A DNA stretch of 64,000 bases from Lytechinus pictus (taxonomy: Eukaryota): assembly GCF_037042905.1 (NCBI RefSeq), contig NC_087245.1:6822001-6886000 (forward strand), written 5' to 3'. This document shows, piece after piece, positions 1 through 13,230 of this stretch (within the stretch, counting starts at the first letter, position 1; each line of letters starts with the position of its first letter). A model generated the notes under the pieces. It made no database searches and was not told the DNA's origin. It worked only from the letters and a program-made list of their open reading frames with translations. A program made the position numbers and the translations under genes.

Positions 1-1899
1 CTACTCTCATTTGTGAATATCCTTTTGTAATGGTGGTGGCAGACTAGTGGTAGAAACAACGTCATACAGACAAAGACTACAATCAATATTCTCGAAATAA
101 CAAGAATAAAGAAAACATTGAAGATTATTATCCATGGTGATGGGATCCATGGCTTCATAAATTTGTTTTTTTTTCACACAGACATGATGGAGGGAGGAAG
201 CCCTAATGAGAGAGAAAAAACCCCACTCTTTCCACATATACTGTACATGTAGCTAGGTGTTGACTCAGTACTGAATTATTACTAGCTGTATATACCAATA
301 CGCTCAAGAACACATTGCTATGAATATTTTATTTTTCACAAAATTATTTGATTTTTGAGATTTTATGATTCCTGTGGTGCATGAATGGGCATATGAACCA
401 TCAACACCCTAACAAAGAGGTCACACAAATACAAACTGAACAAAGGAATTTTTTTAGCATTGCAAGAACTGAACAACAAAAAAAATTGAAGAGGCTTTCA
501 AGGTTTGGATAATTGCCCAGAAATACATTATCCTGTGCAAATAATTTGACAATGCTGATTGCTAGAAGAGACCAAGGCTATAACAGAAAATATTTGTGAC
601 TGTTCTAAGCCGGGTATTATGTTTGGTTCATTAGTGTTCTAGGTTAATTTTATGTCATAAAAATCATACAGGGTCATTTTGGCGATAGTGCAAAGCAGAC
701 ACATAAACAATTCCAAAAGCCAAGAGTATTATTCCAAAATGTTAATGATTATATACCAATTTTTTTTTTTCAAAATCATTGATATATTTTTTCATTAGTT
801 TTATGCTGTCTCAGAGATAAACCATCAAATTTAGCTGGAGGACATGTAAAATAATATTTCCTCAGGACACTGGTTAATTTTTTTTCTAACTCACAGTCCA
901 TTAAGTATTTTCTGTAGATTTAAGAATTTGTTGCTTTTTGTTCTTTGTTTTTATTTAATAAATGGCAATTCTCAAATAAAGCTCTTACTTCTCTCAAGAT
1001 CTAGCTCCCTTCGGGAGAAATAACACCAATCAGTTATTGGAAACAACTACCAATATATTTCGATCAATCATGAACACGGTGCCTTTAATTTGTACTTTAG
1101 TAAACACATAGTTTTGTCAGTAGCAATTGTCACTTTTGTTATGGTATGTTCGTATGACCATAGACCTATTTATGCAACAGAAGGAAATACCACTAACTTA
1201 TTTCCTTGTTTGGTACCAGATGGGAAACTGGTGACAGAATCAGGATATATCAGATAGAGTCAAGGTCGGGAATTAACCTTATCTACCGTTCATACACAAA
1301 ATCATTAAGAACTATCAATCTTCTTTTCTATTTTTTTTCCATAGCTATTGTTTAATCAAATGAATAATAAATTGCATTCTCCTTCATGATAATTGACAGA
1401 TAAACTTTATAATAGGTATTTTTTTTTAATTGAAGCATATTCAACTGACATGCATGTACGAACAATACTTTTTTTATAAGAGTTTTTGCAACTAAACTCT
1501 TCATTTCTATCTTCTTTTTTTTAAACTATACATTCAAATGGATTCATGCTCAAATTTCTACCATGTTGTATTTGTGTTTTGTTTACATTGTTCATACGAA
1601 TATGTAATAGGAGGCTGCATTCTACAAGCTTCGCTTTTTAGCAGCTTCCTCCGTTTCCGACCAGATACATGGTTATCTTGATTATTATATATAAAGTTTC
1701 CTTGTTTTATTGATTATAATCATATCAAGATGTATGAACCAAAACTTATTGTAAATGATTGTTGGAAATGGAAAATAAATGAAATGAAATTAAATTAAAA
1801 TGATATTAATTACTTGAGCCAATCATTATACAGATTGCAAGTTCTAGAGGGTTTTGTGCAAAAAAAAATGCTATTAGGGATATGACATTAATTACTTAC

Positions 1900-1999
1900 T
1901 CATCCTTGCTGATAAGTGGGTCTATATACATCCCAAGAAACACACCTCCTAATAGATAACCCAAGGCTGGTCCTAATATGGCAAACGCTTTAAACACAC
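1900..1999 (-). CDS. Gene A exon, TM5 (100 nt)
   Basis: VFKAFAILGPALGYLLGGVFLGMYIDP; same 100-nt length as the matching exons of B and C; ga|gtaagt donor. Confidence 0.93.
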
Positions 2000-4900
2000 C
2001 TGGAGAAAAAAAAGATAAATGACAGCTATGTAATGAATTTAATCGGGAAAGCTCACATAACAATGACAACTAGCATCCTTTTTTGTGTCCATAACAAATA
2101 TTATTTTATTTTATTATTATTTTATTTCACCTTCTCTTCTTCCACATTAAGAACACTCATTCATAACAAATTCCATGACATTCTTGTTGCATACATTAAA
2201 GAGAGTTGTGTTTAAACTATATCTTAAAGAAACCCAATTTGATTTTCAACCAGAGTCACACATCTTTGACTTTGTTTAGTTTTCTTTTCTAATGTTTTTT
2301 AAATTCAATCTTAACTCATTGCACCGATCCTCATCACATTTATCCTCATTTGGCATTTATATGGGTTTTACACTCCCCTCTACTCCTTCATTCCTCAAAT
2401 AAATTCCTCACCTAAATAAATGCCTGCTGAAGCAGGAACTACATTTTCATCAATGTATGTTATTCCTAGAGTATAGATAGGTGATGCACCTAGACCATGT
2501 AAGACTTGAGCACCAATAAAGACCCAGTAATAGTTGCTCAATCCCCTGGTATCCGTAGAATCGGGACTGTCTTTAGTTTGATTGAAAGCGTTGCATTCAC
2601 CCGTGTGAATTTCCTGTGGCATAAATAGAGCACAGTTAAGAAATGTAACCACACATATCATAATTATAATGATGCATCTGCTTGTATAGTTTCTTAGCAA
2701 TCACTCAAGAAATATGGGGTACATCCATAACAATTTATCTTGGTAAAAATAAATGATTCTTTTTTTATTGTAAAAGTTAATGAGAAGTTTTACATATCTG
2801 TCAAAAAATAAGGTCAGATATTCCTATTGCTAAAAGGCATGTTATTTTCACAAAGAGACAAAAGCCAAATAATAATTGTAAAAATAAAAGATAATTAGAA
2901 TTCATTAATATTTCTTTAGCCTTAAACCAGCAAGGTGGGGGCAAATTTTAACACATTCAACTGTAAAAACAAAGAAACGAACAATTGATGTATCACAATT
3001 ATTTTTTATAGTCTGTGAAATGCTTAAATGGGTCAGCAAAAGGAACAGATACAATAAGGTTAAACAAGTTATCTATTCTAATTATAAAGTGCAAATGGAT
3101 ATCTTTAAAACTCCAACCGCCACAAATTGGATATGTACACATACTCATATTTCTTTGAGACAAAGGCAATCTCTTACCCCATCATTCACCCTATATGGTC
3201 CAGTGGTAAACTGTGGGACAGCAAACATGAAAGATCCACATGAGAAGAGTAAAGCTCCGATACCTAACCACATCGGCTTATGACCTCTCTCTCCAACATA
3301 CGTCACAAAAATAATGATGATCATCACTGTGAAGTCAAAACTGCTGGAGATAAAGCCGCTACGGATGCTTGGGAAGTTGTAGCGACGTTCAAGTGACGTA
3401 ACAACGACATAGACGAGACCGTTGACGGTCATACCTTGCGCAACCACGAAGATGGACAGGAACACGAGGTAGCCGATCGGGTTATTACATATCTGTATGA
3501 AAAATCAATAGATGACATTTAATACATATACATTCTAAAATGGATGTTATGATAATTGATACCATCATAAAATCTTTGGGGTTTTTTTTAATTTGTATTT
3601 ACATCATTACTGTGCATCGAAGGAAAAGGAAAAACATAAAATACAATAAAAAAAAAATAGATTAAAAGATTGACAATGTATATAGGATAAACATAGAAGA
3701 ATAAGAAATACATATATCATAAAGACTGACAATTAAAGACAAGGATGGCACACACAGGGCCCTGGGAACGATTTTTTTTCCCTTTTTACTGGTGGTGCTG
3801 ATGTAAATTTGAAGAAAAAAAAAGTTTCACTACAAAATGAAGGTCATTTTGGTTACACTTTTTCCATTTTTACACATCTTCCCAAATACCTTCCCAGGGC
3901 CATGGGCACACAAAATAATCGAAAATAACTAAGATTAATAATTATTTCCCCCAAAACTATGATAATAAAATACTAGGTTCATTGACATTAATTGACCTTT
4001 GATCATGTGACCTAAGACTCGTGCAAGACGATCAATGATACTTGATTGATTACACTTGTGTCAACGTTTTATGAACTGGATCGATAAAATTTAAGTTATA
4101 ATAGCATTTAAACAAATATCCCCGTCATGGTCAAAGTGCATTGACCCTAATGACCTTAATCGTGTGACCTGGCACTCATGAAAAACGATCAGTGATACTT
4201 GATTATTCTTATGTCTAAGTTTCATGAACTAGATACATATACTTCCGAAATTATTAAGACATTTCAAAAAAGGTCAAGTCTACTACCCAAGAAAAATGTT
4301 GATTTGAATCAATAAAGAAAAATCAAAGAAGCATAACGCTGGAAATTTCATCAAATTCGGATGTAAAATAAGAAACTTATGACATTTTAAAGTTTCGTTT
4401 ATTTTTTACAAAAAAAATTATATGATTAACTCAGTGATATGCAAATTAGTAATCCGATGATGTATCTAACTCACTATTTCTTTTATTTTATATTGTTTGA
4501 ATTATAAAATATTTTTTTTACAGATTTGGCAAAAATTACCGACTTGATTGAAGCACAAAGTGTTAAAACACTGGTAATTCAACATGTTCAGGGAGGAATA
4601 AAACTTTGTTTCACATCATGAGGAGAAAATTTAAATAATGTATTTCATATAATGAAGTACACAAGAAATAGTGAGTGGGTGATGTCATCGGTCCCCTCAT
4701 TTGCATATCGACCAGGATGTGCATATAACAGTTTCGTGAAATTAAGCGAAACTTTAAAATGGCAAAAAGAAGCTGCTGAAAACTGCTTATCTAATAAAAG
4801 AGAGCCAATGGAGTAAATTAGAAAGTCAAAAGGGGCCTAAGCTTTCGATCCAAGCAAAATCTTCGTCGGAGGAAAAATACAAATTTTGCCTCCGACGAAG

Positions 4901-7900
4901 ATTCTGTTAGGATCGAAAGCTTAGGCCCCTTTTGAAACTTTAAAATGTTATAACTTTATTTCACATCCGATTTTGATGAAATTTGTTATGCTTGTTTGAT
5001 TTTTCTCTTTTTATTCAAATCAGCTCTTTGTTGAGGTGGACTTGTCCTTTAGCATTTTAAGATTTCGATGTTGATTCCCCTAACATGGTTAATTGACCCT
5101 AAATGAACTTTGACGCTGTCATGTTACCTGAATCTTAGATGTTTAGTGATGTTACGTTATACCGAGGTTTTTTACCTGACTGCTAAGAAAGCACGAATGC
5201 CTGTGAGCGAGCAACCAGGGGACCAACGGCTTAAGGTCCTCTCCGAGGGACCTGGTAATGAGGATAAATGCCTTACCAAAGGGCACTAGCGCACCACTTT
5301 GGGAATCGAACCCGGGTCACCGCAATCCGAAACCCCGCTCTACCGACTGAGCTATCTACTTGTATACTCCTATGTCCAAGTTTCATGAAATATGTCCATA
5401 TACTTAATGTTATGATGACATTTCAAAAACAAAAAACATAACCTTGGTTAAGATTTCAATGTTAGAAATAATCTATTAACGTTACGCGGCATGGTGTGTC
5501 AAGACAGATACATTAAATCATGATATTTTGCTTCTTTCTATACTTTTCGACACTCAAAATAGATGCTCATCCAATCTGATCTATTTGCCACCCAATTTGC
5601 CCCCTCACCTTTTAGAGTAAAATATGATAGGTAAAAATAAATATATATGTACCAAGCCATGACCAATCACAGTTTCCATCGTCAATAAACAACCAGCAAC
5701 CAGGAAATTACTACAGGAATCTCAATTAAAGTATCTTGTTCGCACACTGTAAGCAGGGAAATCCTATTATTCAGCATACCCAATATCAGTCCATTGGCTG
5801 AGTTTTACAAAACTAGCGATTACGTAACTAGTCAATTGGTAATTACAAATTCAGAGTGGAAAAGTACGAGCAAATGGAACATAACATAACTTTTCCTTCT
5901 TTGCGAATGCCCCAAAATTAAGGAAGTAAATCTAAGGAATGGACCAATCATTAAAAGCAGGTGTGTTAAAGGGGAATCCAACACATGTATAATATCAGAG
6001 TTCATTTAAACTTATAGCGGAAGACATAAAATACTTGTATTAATAATGGCGGAAGCAGGATCCTATATAACTCTCAATTTGTGTAGGAAATAATAACAAG
6101 GGAAAACACAAGTTTGCCTCCACCAGAATAAATATCCCTCATAGTATCCATCTATCTCTTTGTAATAAAGTAAAAATTGGAAGACACACACAAATCAATA
6201 TAAACAAAACAAATCACAAACAATAAAAAAACAAAACATGAACGATTGATATACAATCGTGCAAACCATTATTACATACATGTAGTGACTGATCTTTTTG
6301 TTCATTCAATCTCCCTTTTTCCCCTTTCCATTATGAAAAAGTACAATGAGTTGTAATATTCATCGTTCTGACACGTTGCTACGGTAACCAGAGCCTCGCT
6401 CCTTCTTGGCTTAACGCCAATATAATAGTGAGGATGCATGAATGAATAATTATTTCTAAGTAGTTTTGTATAAATTTGCAACCATTACTCACACTGATGA
6501 CTCCGTATACATGTACATGTTCGTGTACCGGTGCAAATATCCCTCTGTAGTCTGTACAACAATCGATCATGCATTGCGATTGTGTATTTTTGTGTGCATG
6601 GACATTTATTCTACCATTTGTACTTTTTTTAATTAACAAGACAGCTTGGGAAACGTTACAACCCGAATACTTGCTCCGAGTATATACGCTATAGATGGGA
6701 GGGCTGGAAGAAGGATTGCATGCATACATTGCATTACGTTGACTTTTAGAAAAGGCCTGAATTCGTTTTAGGCATTCTTGTTAGGATAATTAAACATAAA
6801 AGTATAATTGGAAGTCAACCGATTAATATAATATTTATCTGCACTTTGATCGGACTATAAACCATGCGTAAGACTACTATGTACATTGTCATGACATACA
6901 GAAACGAATAAATAAATAAATAAATAAATAATGGACTAGACTGAATAAATAACAAAGTTACCTACCCAATACATATTACATGTACTAGATGTAGGTATGC
7001 GTAACCATACAGCTCAAGTCTACCATGTACTTGGGGGGAATTGGAATTATCGCCAGCATAGCGTGACTCTACTCGAGTAATTAAGGGTTATACTAGCGTC
7101 CTTTGAGAGACACCAGCCTTTTTAGTGACCGCGTGTTAATCAGGGAATTAAAGGGGTACTCCGGGCTGAAAATAATTTCATAAACTTAAATAGAGTAAAA
7201 TCCAATGAGCAAGATGCTGAAAATCTCATCAAATTCTGATAACAAATAATGAATTTATCGAATGTTAAAGTTTAGCAATATATTGTTAAAACAGTTATAT
7301 GCACGTCGTCATGAATAGTCATTAGGTGGGCAGATGATGTCACATCCCCACTTTCATATTTGTATATAAAATCATAATTATTTCATATTTTCATACATGT
7401 GTGTACGAAATGTCTCCCTTATAGTAAAGTTACAGGCTGCAGCAATGAATAATCAGTTGTCAATCCATTCTTATGACAAACTTTGAATTAGCATAACTTT
7501 ATATAATAAAATACAAAAGAACAAGTGATGATATAAAAAATCATCAGTTTGGTCGTTTTGAATATTAATAATCGAGAATGCATAGAACTGTTTATCTGAA
7601 AGAACTGTTCTTCGAAAGTTTTTGAAATAATGTAAAAATGCCATAACTTTGATGTTCGATTTTGTCAAGTTTTTATTGTTTTGTTTGTCTGATTTTTATT
7701 TATCTATTAAAATCATATTATTTTCAGCCTATTATGGAGTAGCCCTTAAACGCTCAAATGTTATTATGGGAGGACAATACGGGTAAGATATTCGGATCCC
7801 TTTCCGAGGAAAAAAAAAAGGTCAAGAATATATTTATATAAGGCTTTCCATCGAATACATTTCAATGCATCCCATGCAACTTTCTTGGAACATTACTTAT

Positions 7901-8541
7901 ATTATTGCACCCTTTTAGGACCAGTTACTGTCCAAAATCATTAGGTAAACTGTGAAGTTTTCATTGCAATAGGGCGCCTTGTTTGGAAAGAATGTGGCGT
8001 TTCAGATGTGCGTGTATCAGTGTACTAAACGAAGGTTTCTGTTTCTTGATTTCTTGATTATGGTCAAGGGATTTCAGGCTTGCAGTGGGTTGGTAAAACT
8101 ATTTTTTTTCAACAGGACTATGGTTCTGGCAGACAAATGGATTCAATGTTTTTAATACCTGAATACATTTTGGTCTCCATTTGTGCCAGCCACACTGAGG
8201 ATTGTCATCATCATCATCTGCCTCTGTTATCGTTTCGCCGAGAGATTGGACACCGCTGTTCTTGTTTGGCTCATTATAGACACCATTCTTCTGCAAGGCG
8301 ATATCATTGCCGTTCTCTTCGATGCTTACCGCGGTTACTTTGCTGGTGGGCGGTCTCTCATTCAGTTCGACAGCGGTGACATTCGATAATCCGATATCGA
8401 TACCGCTATTGGTTTGAACGTCTGCTGATATATCTTGCTCGTTAGTCGTGAGCGAGTCACGTGATCCACTCTGTTCTGATTGGACCATTTTGTTTGTATC
8501 TATGTTACCTGGATCTTTTGTCTTCTCTATTGAAGAAAGAC
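1900..8541 (-). CDS. SLCO4A1: SLCO/OATP gene A, SLCO4A1-like, 5' part only (continues beyond left edge). Exons 8159-8541, 3178-3492, 2412-2613, 1900-1999
   Basis: Spliced translation gives OATP motifs [44 protein letters not shown] and LGPALGYLLGG. GT-AG boundaries and phases (0,0,1,2) match genes B and C. The symbol means 'like'; orthology was not tested. Confidence 0.93.
2412..2613 (-). CDS. Gene A exon, ECL2-TM4 (202 nt)
   Basis: EIHTGECN...[31 protein letters not shown]; cag|gaa acceptor, g|gtgagg donor. Confidence 0.95.
3178..3492 (-). CDS. Gene A exon, TM1-TM3 (315 nt)
   Basis: ICNNPIGYLVFL...FAVPQFTTGPYRVNDG; cag|ata acceptor, ggg|gtaaga donor. Confidence 0.95.
3755..3904. mobile_element. 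hAT-like MITE with 8-bp TSD
   Basis: TSD GGCACACA (3747-3754, 3905-3912); TIR CAGGGCCCTGGGAA / TTCCCAGGGCCATG. Confidence 0.75.
4271..5048. mobile_element. TTAA-type (Kolobok-like) MITE family 1, copy 1
   Basis: Termini AGGTCAAGTC...GGTGGACTTGTCCT; long internal inverted repeats; homologous to 21884-22419 and 28423-29034. Confidence 0.75.
4762..4933. mobile_element. Penelope-like element terminal fragment with inverted hammerhead-like motifs, nested in a TTAA MITE
   Basis: Flanked by direct repeat GAAACTTTAAAATG (4748-4761, 4934-4947); inverted arms about 4826-4876 and 4884-4935. Confidence 0.6.
5151..5356 (-). mobile_element. tRNA-derived SINE
   Basis: Minus strand GATAGCTCAGTCGGTAGAGCG (A box)...GGTTCGATTCC (B box), then core CCCTTTGGTAAGGCATTTAT; interrupts a host repeat. 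Confidence 0.8.
7152..7746. mobile_element. TTAA-type MITE family 2
   Basis: TTAA|AGGGGTACTCCGGGCTGAAAA...TTTTCAGCC..GGAGTAGCCCT; internal sequence homologous to 14208-14786. Confidence 0.75.
8159..8541 (-). CDS. Gene A N-terminal exon (internal ATG at 8488; frame open back to the acceptor at 8541)
   Basis: tacag|gtctttc acceptor; ends [20 protein letters not shown]|gtatta, homologous to the gene C exon end [20 protein letters not shown]. Confidence 0.88.
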
Positions 8542-9109
8542 CTGTATGTAAAAGAAGGGTAAATAAAACACAAGATTATGGTGAGGGGGAAAAAGAACAC
8601 AAATATGAATTTCATTCATGATATTCCTTAAACAGACAGCTAGTATGTTTGAGCATAGAAGAGGGACTACTCCACCGATTGAAGATGCATTGCAAATGTA
8701 TTGTCTATAGTCTGTAGCAAGAGATTAACAGATCACATTTCCAAAGATATAGTGCTAAAATCGTATGAATATCCCTACAGGATAAATGGTCACTTAAATG
8801 AAAATATTTTATTCATTTGAGCTGGTTGACAGTGTTCACACAGTGATGACGTACTGTATCCTAAACCCATTAGGGATTTTTCGGGCTGATTATACAGTAT
8901 AATGATCTGGGAGGATGTCACCATCTTTCTTTGTTCGAAAACAAAATGAAAATTTGAACTTTGTTATAATTACCCTACATAACTCATGTCCGAATTCAAC
9001 ATTTATTTTTCAGTATTTTACTGAATGCTTGCGATATCATCCCCCCCCCCCCATAAATAATGATAATAATTTGATGGCTATACGATGATTATTACCAAAT
9101 AATTTCACT

Positions 9110-9677
9110 CGGGGAAAGTCTAGCAAACTTGCAGAGTCCTGATTCCAATATCTTGTATGTTCGTAGGGGCCTTTGTATCTTTACAGTAGCCAGTTTACCG
9201 AGTTCCGTTTTATAACTCGTCTTTCGTACGATTTGGATAATCATCATTTTATATAGCCAATTGCCCAGCTTCAAGTTCCAATAACTAACTCGTCAACCAA
9301 AACAACAAATCAGTTCCCCTAATCCAATAACTCTTCATCTCATGCGATTCGTATCTTTATACAAAATCCAACTTGCCTAGCTCGGAGTTTCAATAACTCG
9401 TCAAACGCGTCATGTCAAACGTTTCATATCTTTAAACACATGAAACAGCCAACCTGCCGAGCTTCAAGTTCCTAAAAGTCGTAACCCGTTTTAATAAATA
9501 AGTCTGCCCCCCCCCCTCTTCCAACAACTCGTCATAATTTTTCTTATCTTTATAAGAATACAATATAACTTGCCGAGTTCTGAGTTCCAATATTAACCAA
9601 CTTGCCAAGTACCAACTAACAACTCAATTAAAATATGTCAGTATATCAGCCAAGTTCCAATAAAATTTCGTATCTTT
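9110..9677. repeat. Degenerate tandem array (CCAACTTGCCGAG...CCAATAACTCGTC...CGTATCTTTA units) abutting the LINE tail
   Basis: Motifs recur every 60-80 bp. Confidence 0.5.
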
Positions 9678-11226
9678 TTATTTATTTATTTATTTTTATT
9701 TATTTCTGATATTTTGACAGGGTAGCCCATTCACCAATAAGTAGTGGTCTTCCATGGGGCCCTGAATAACAATAAACATATTTACAAAATGCATAACGTA
9801 TGTACAGAATGTTACAGCATTAAGATTCACATTAGGATTTGAATGTAAAACGAATCATTAACAAACTTAGCAGCAAACAAAACGCAGACGGGCACTCGTT
9901 TGACGTATAATACAATATCAATAAATCAAATTAATTAAGAAGGACATTTTGAAAATACTGATAATATACACCAAATCATCAAGGTCATGCTAACATAAAA
10001 TAAGCACAACAGTGGATGTTCCGCAAGTTATTTATAAATTACAAGTTCTTTTAAACATTCTCTTAAATGAAATGACAGAAGGAGCTGTTCTAATTGAATT
10101 ATCAAGCTTATTCCATTCAAATATTGAAGATACGATTGGACTACACTTATAACAATCAGTGCGAAACTTGGGCACGCGTAAATATCCACTGTCTCTCTGT
10201 CTGGTATGATGTTCATGTACATCATTTGGATTGGTTAAGTTTACCTGAAGGTAAGAAGGTGCTAAATTATGTACACATTTAAATATCATCAAAACGCGAC
10301 TGAGCTCAAATTGTTTGTCTAGTGTCATCCATTTAAGACTTGTGAACAAATCAGCCGACGATGTGTCGTATGTCTTGTTCAATATAATTCTTGCAGCCCT
10401 CTTCTGAATTTTTTGCAGCTTAATTGTATGGGATTGAAATCTATTCGACCATACAGCAGAACAGTAATCAAATCTTGGCAACACTAAACTGTTATAAAGC
10501 AACTTTAAGGACTGCACAGGCAAAGAACTTTTCGCTCTCTTTATTATGCCAATGCTTTTCTGAGTAAGTTTACATACATTTTCAATTTGTTTTGACCATT
10601 TCAGTTCTTCATCTATCAAAACTCCTAAGCATTTGGTGAATTGAACTCTATTTATCAAATCACCGTTTAACGAAATCGTGAAAGAATATATTTTCCTGAG
10701 ATTAGCACGAGAACCTATTATCATGACACAAGTTTTTTCAGTGTTGAGGACGAGCTGATTATCTTTAATCCATGCCATGACCTTGTTTAATGCAACAGTT
10801 AATTTTTCTTCCAAAACTGTCGCATCATTCGCACTGACGGTAAGTGTCGTGTCGTCAGCGTACATATATATAATACCTTCATGAATACATTCAGGTAAAC
10901 TATTAACATATATTGAAAATAAAAGGGGACCTAGAATTGACCCTTGCGGCACGCCTAATTTGACGATTGAAGGGTGCTATTTGGCTCCTTTGAATTGTGT
11001 CACTTGTTGTCGATCAAATAAATATGATTTGAACCAAGTGATAGTCCTCTTACTACAACCATGGACCTACTCCATGCTACAACCAATGCAAGTTAATTTC
11101 TTTAAAAGCAGCTCATGGTCCACGGTATCAAAGGCCTTCATAAGATCTATGAACGCAACTCCAGAAATTAAATTGTTATCAATGTTTAACGACCACTGAT
11201 TTACAAGTTTTGCAAGGGCAGTAGTT
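9678..11226 (-). mobile_element. 5'-truncated CR1/L2-group non-LTR retrotransposon (reverse-transcriptase ORF2 remnant)
   Basis: RT motifs FIDLMKAFDTVDH, PQGSILGPLLF and YADD; C-terminal ORF 10032-10952; two in-frame stops upstream; (TAAA)n 3' tail at about 9678-9706. Confidence 0.92.
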
Positions 11227-11621
11227 CTTTGGTAGAACTTTCAAGATTGAAAGTTTTAACTTGGCTTGGTAGAATCATGGAGGTAAAAATATTCGACCGT
11301 GGTGACCGACTGCTCATAAATCAAATTTCCGTTTTCATGTGGCGAAAATGACCAACTGAACACAAAAACATAAAACCATCCCTCACCTTACTCTCATTCT
11401 GGTGAAGGGAAAAAACTATCGCTTTCCCTTTGACAAGGGTATACCCCCCCCCCCCCGAAACGCAATCCGGTTTTCAAATGTTTTACAGAATGTAAAAAAT
11501 TGTAAACAGTGAATGAGAAGGGGAAGGGCGGGGGCTATTAGTTTATACATTACACAATCAAAGTGGAAAAGGGACAGGATATATGAGTTATGAACCTCTC
11601 AAACCTGAAGAGCCAGCAATA

Positions 11622-13028
11622 GAGGGGCGTCGCTAGGCCTTTTCCAGAGGGGGGGGGGGGGTGGAGGCCCGGATTACCGACGTCCGGCGACCATGAATCT
11701 TCGAGGTGTCCTTAGTCAAATTTTCTTTTGTCATAGATCCAGCTTTCATAAATGGGGGGGGGGGGGGTATTTTCATTCACATTTTCCCGTCGCGGTTGCC
11801 AAAATCTGATTTTCTTTTTTTTTTAGTTTTTTTTTTGAAGCAACATAAGGTTATTCATGTGACCTGAATATAAATTACCATGCGAGCGCGAGCTCAAATT
11901 TTGGGATATTTATATATTTAGCCCTGAAAATTGAACATTGTGAGCAGCTTTTGTAATAGTCATGGGGATATTTAACTAAACTTTCCATGCGAGCGCAAAG
12001 CGAGAGCTGACATTTTTAATATGCTGGCCAGCAAAAAGTCTAGCTGTTTATAAAGACTGTTCGCAGTGATCCTAGAAAGAATATTTTTCTCTCCAATCCA
12101 AAAATACGAGCGCGAAGCCCTATAGCTCAATCATTTTATATTTCGATCTGAAAACTCGATTGTAACCATTAAGAGAACAGAGATATCAACCGAACAATAA
12201 TTGATGCGAGCGCGAAGCGCGAGCTGACAATTTTTGTTTCCGACATTTTTAGTAAGCACTTTTTGAGGAACAATATTTATGTATAATTAAGTAATCATGC
12301 TAGCGCGAGCTGTAACTTTGAATTAACTGTTCTGAAAAGGGACATGTCTGTTTGCATCAATCATTAATAGAATACGTTTCTCACTATTCAAGTAGAAAAA
12401 ATATATATATATTCCGAAGAATTGTTGCAAGCGCGAAGCGCGAGTTGAAATTGTTTAGAATTCAAACCGGTAAATTCTTATCACTTTCGGTATACAAGCG
12501 CGCGAGCTAACAACTTTTGATGTTTTGACTTGAAAACTCAACATTTTCACACGTTTTTTTTATATACATAACAAACTCAGATTTGTGTATGAGTGTATCT
12601 TAATCCGAGCGCGAAGCGCGAGCGGAAATTTGTAATATTTTGAGATATATTTAATCAACATTTTTAGCAAATTTTCACTAGATATATGATGTGAGCGCGA
12701 AGCGCGAGCTGATCGCGTTGCGAAAAAATCGATGAGACATTATTTTACCGACAAAGATAATGGAACTCAAAGCCCGAGCAAGAGCAAGGTAGATGGAACA
12801 GTTGGAACAACCCTGCGTGACCCGACAGTTTGTCATTTTCCCGACAAGCGTCAGTCCAACAGCCTTGCGCTTGCGTAACAGGCAATTTATAATTTATCCA
12901 ACATCTCAGACTCCACATCTTTAATTACACCGACACACAGGTTTACCTAATCAAAACGCTGTCTACCCCATTCTCCTCCCTCTCTGATTTTTCTCTTTCA
13001 TTTTGTTTTCCTCTTCCTCTTTGTCCCT

Positions 13029-13114
<86 letters not shown>

Positions 13115-13149
13115 TTCCTTCCTTCCTTCCTTCCTTCCTTCCTTCCTTC

Positions 13150-13230
<81 letters not shown>

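Noticed and set aside
1..1899. Next (122-nt) exon of gene A
   Set aside because: No W-x-G-x-W-W coding stretch found on the minus strand; it presumably lies beyond the window edge
5280..5356. Genuine tRNA gene (also 33927-34000)
   Set aside because: tRNA-like heads run into SINE core and tail sequences with no closing acceptor stem or terminator
10032..10952. 306-aa ORF as a host gene or active retrotransposon
   Set aside because: C-terminal part of a 5'-truncated LINE ORF2 with upstream stops and no endonuclease domain
11387..11410. Possible gene A start exon at donor AAG|GTGAGG
   Set aside because: The nearby ATG is not in the phase required by the 8541 acceptor, and there is no promoter evidence
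11880..12720. CRISPR-like array of GCGAGCGCGAAGCGCGAG motifs
   Set aside because: Eukaryotic context, irregular spacing, spacers related to each other, no cas genes
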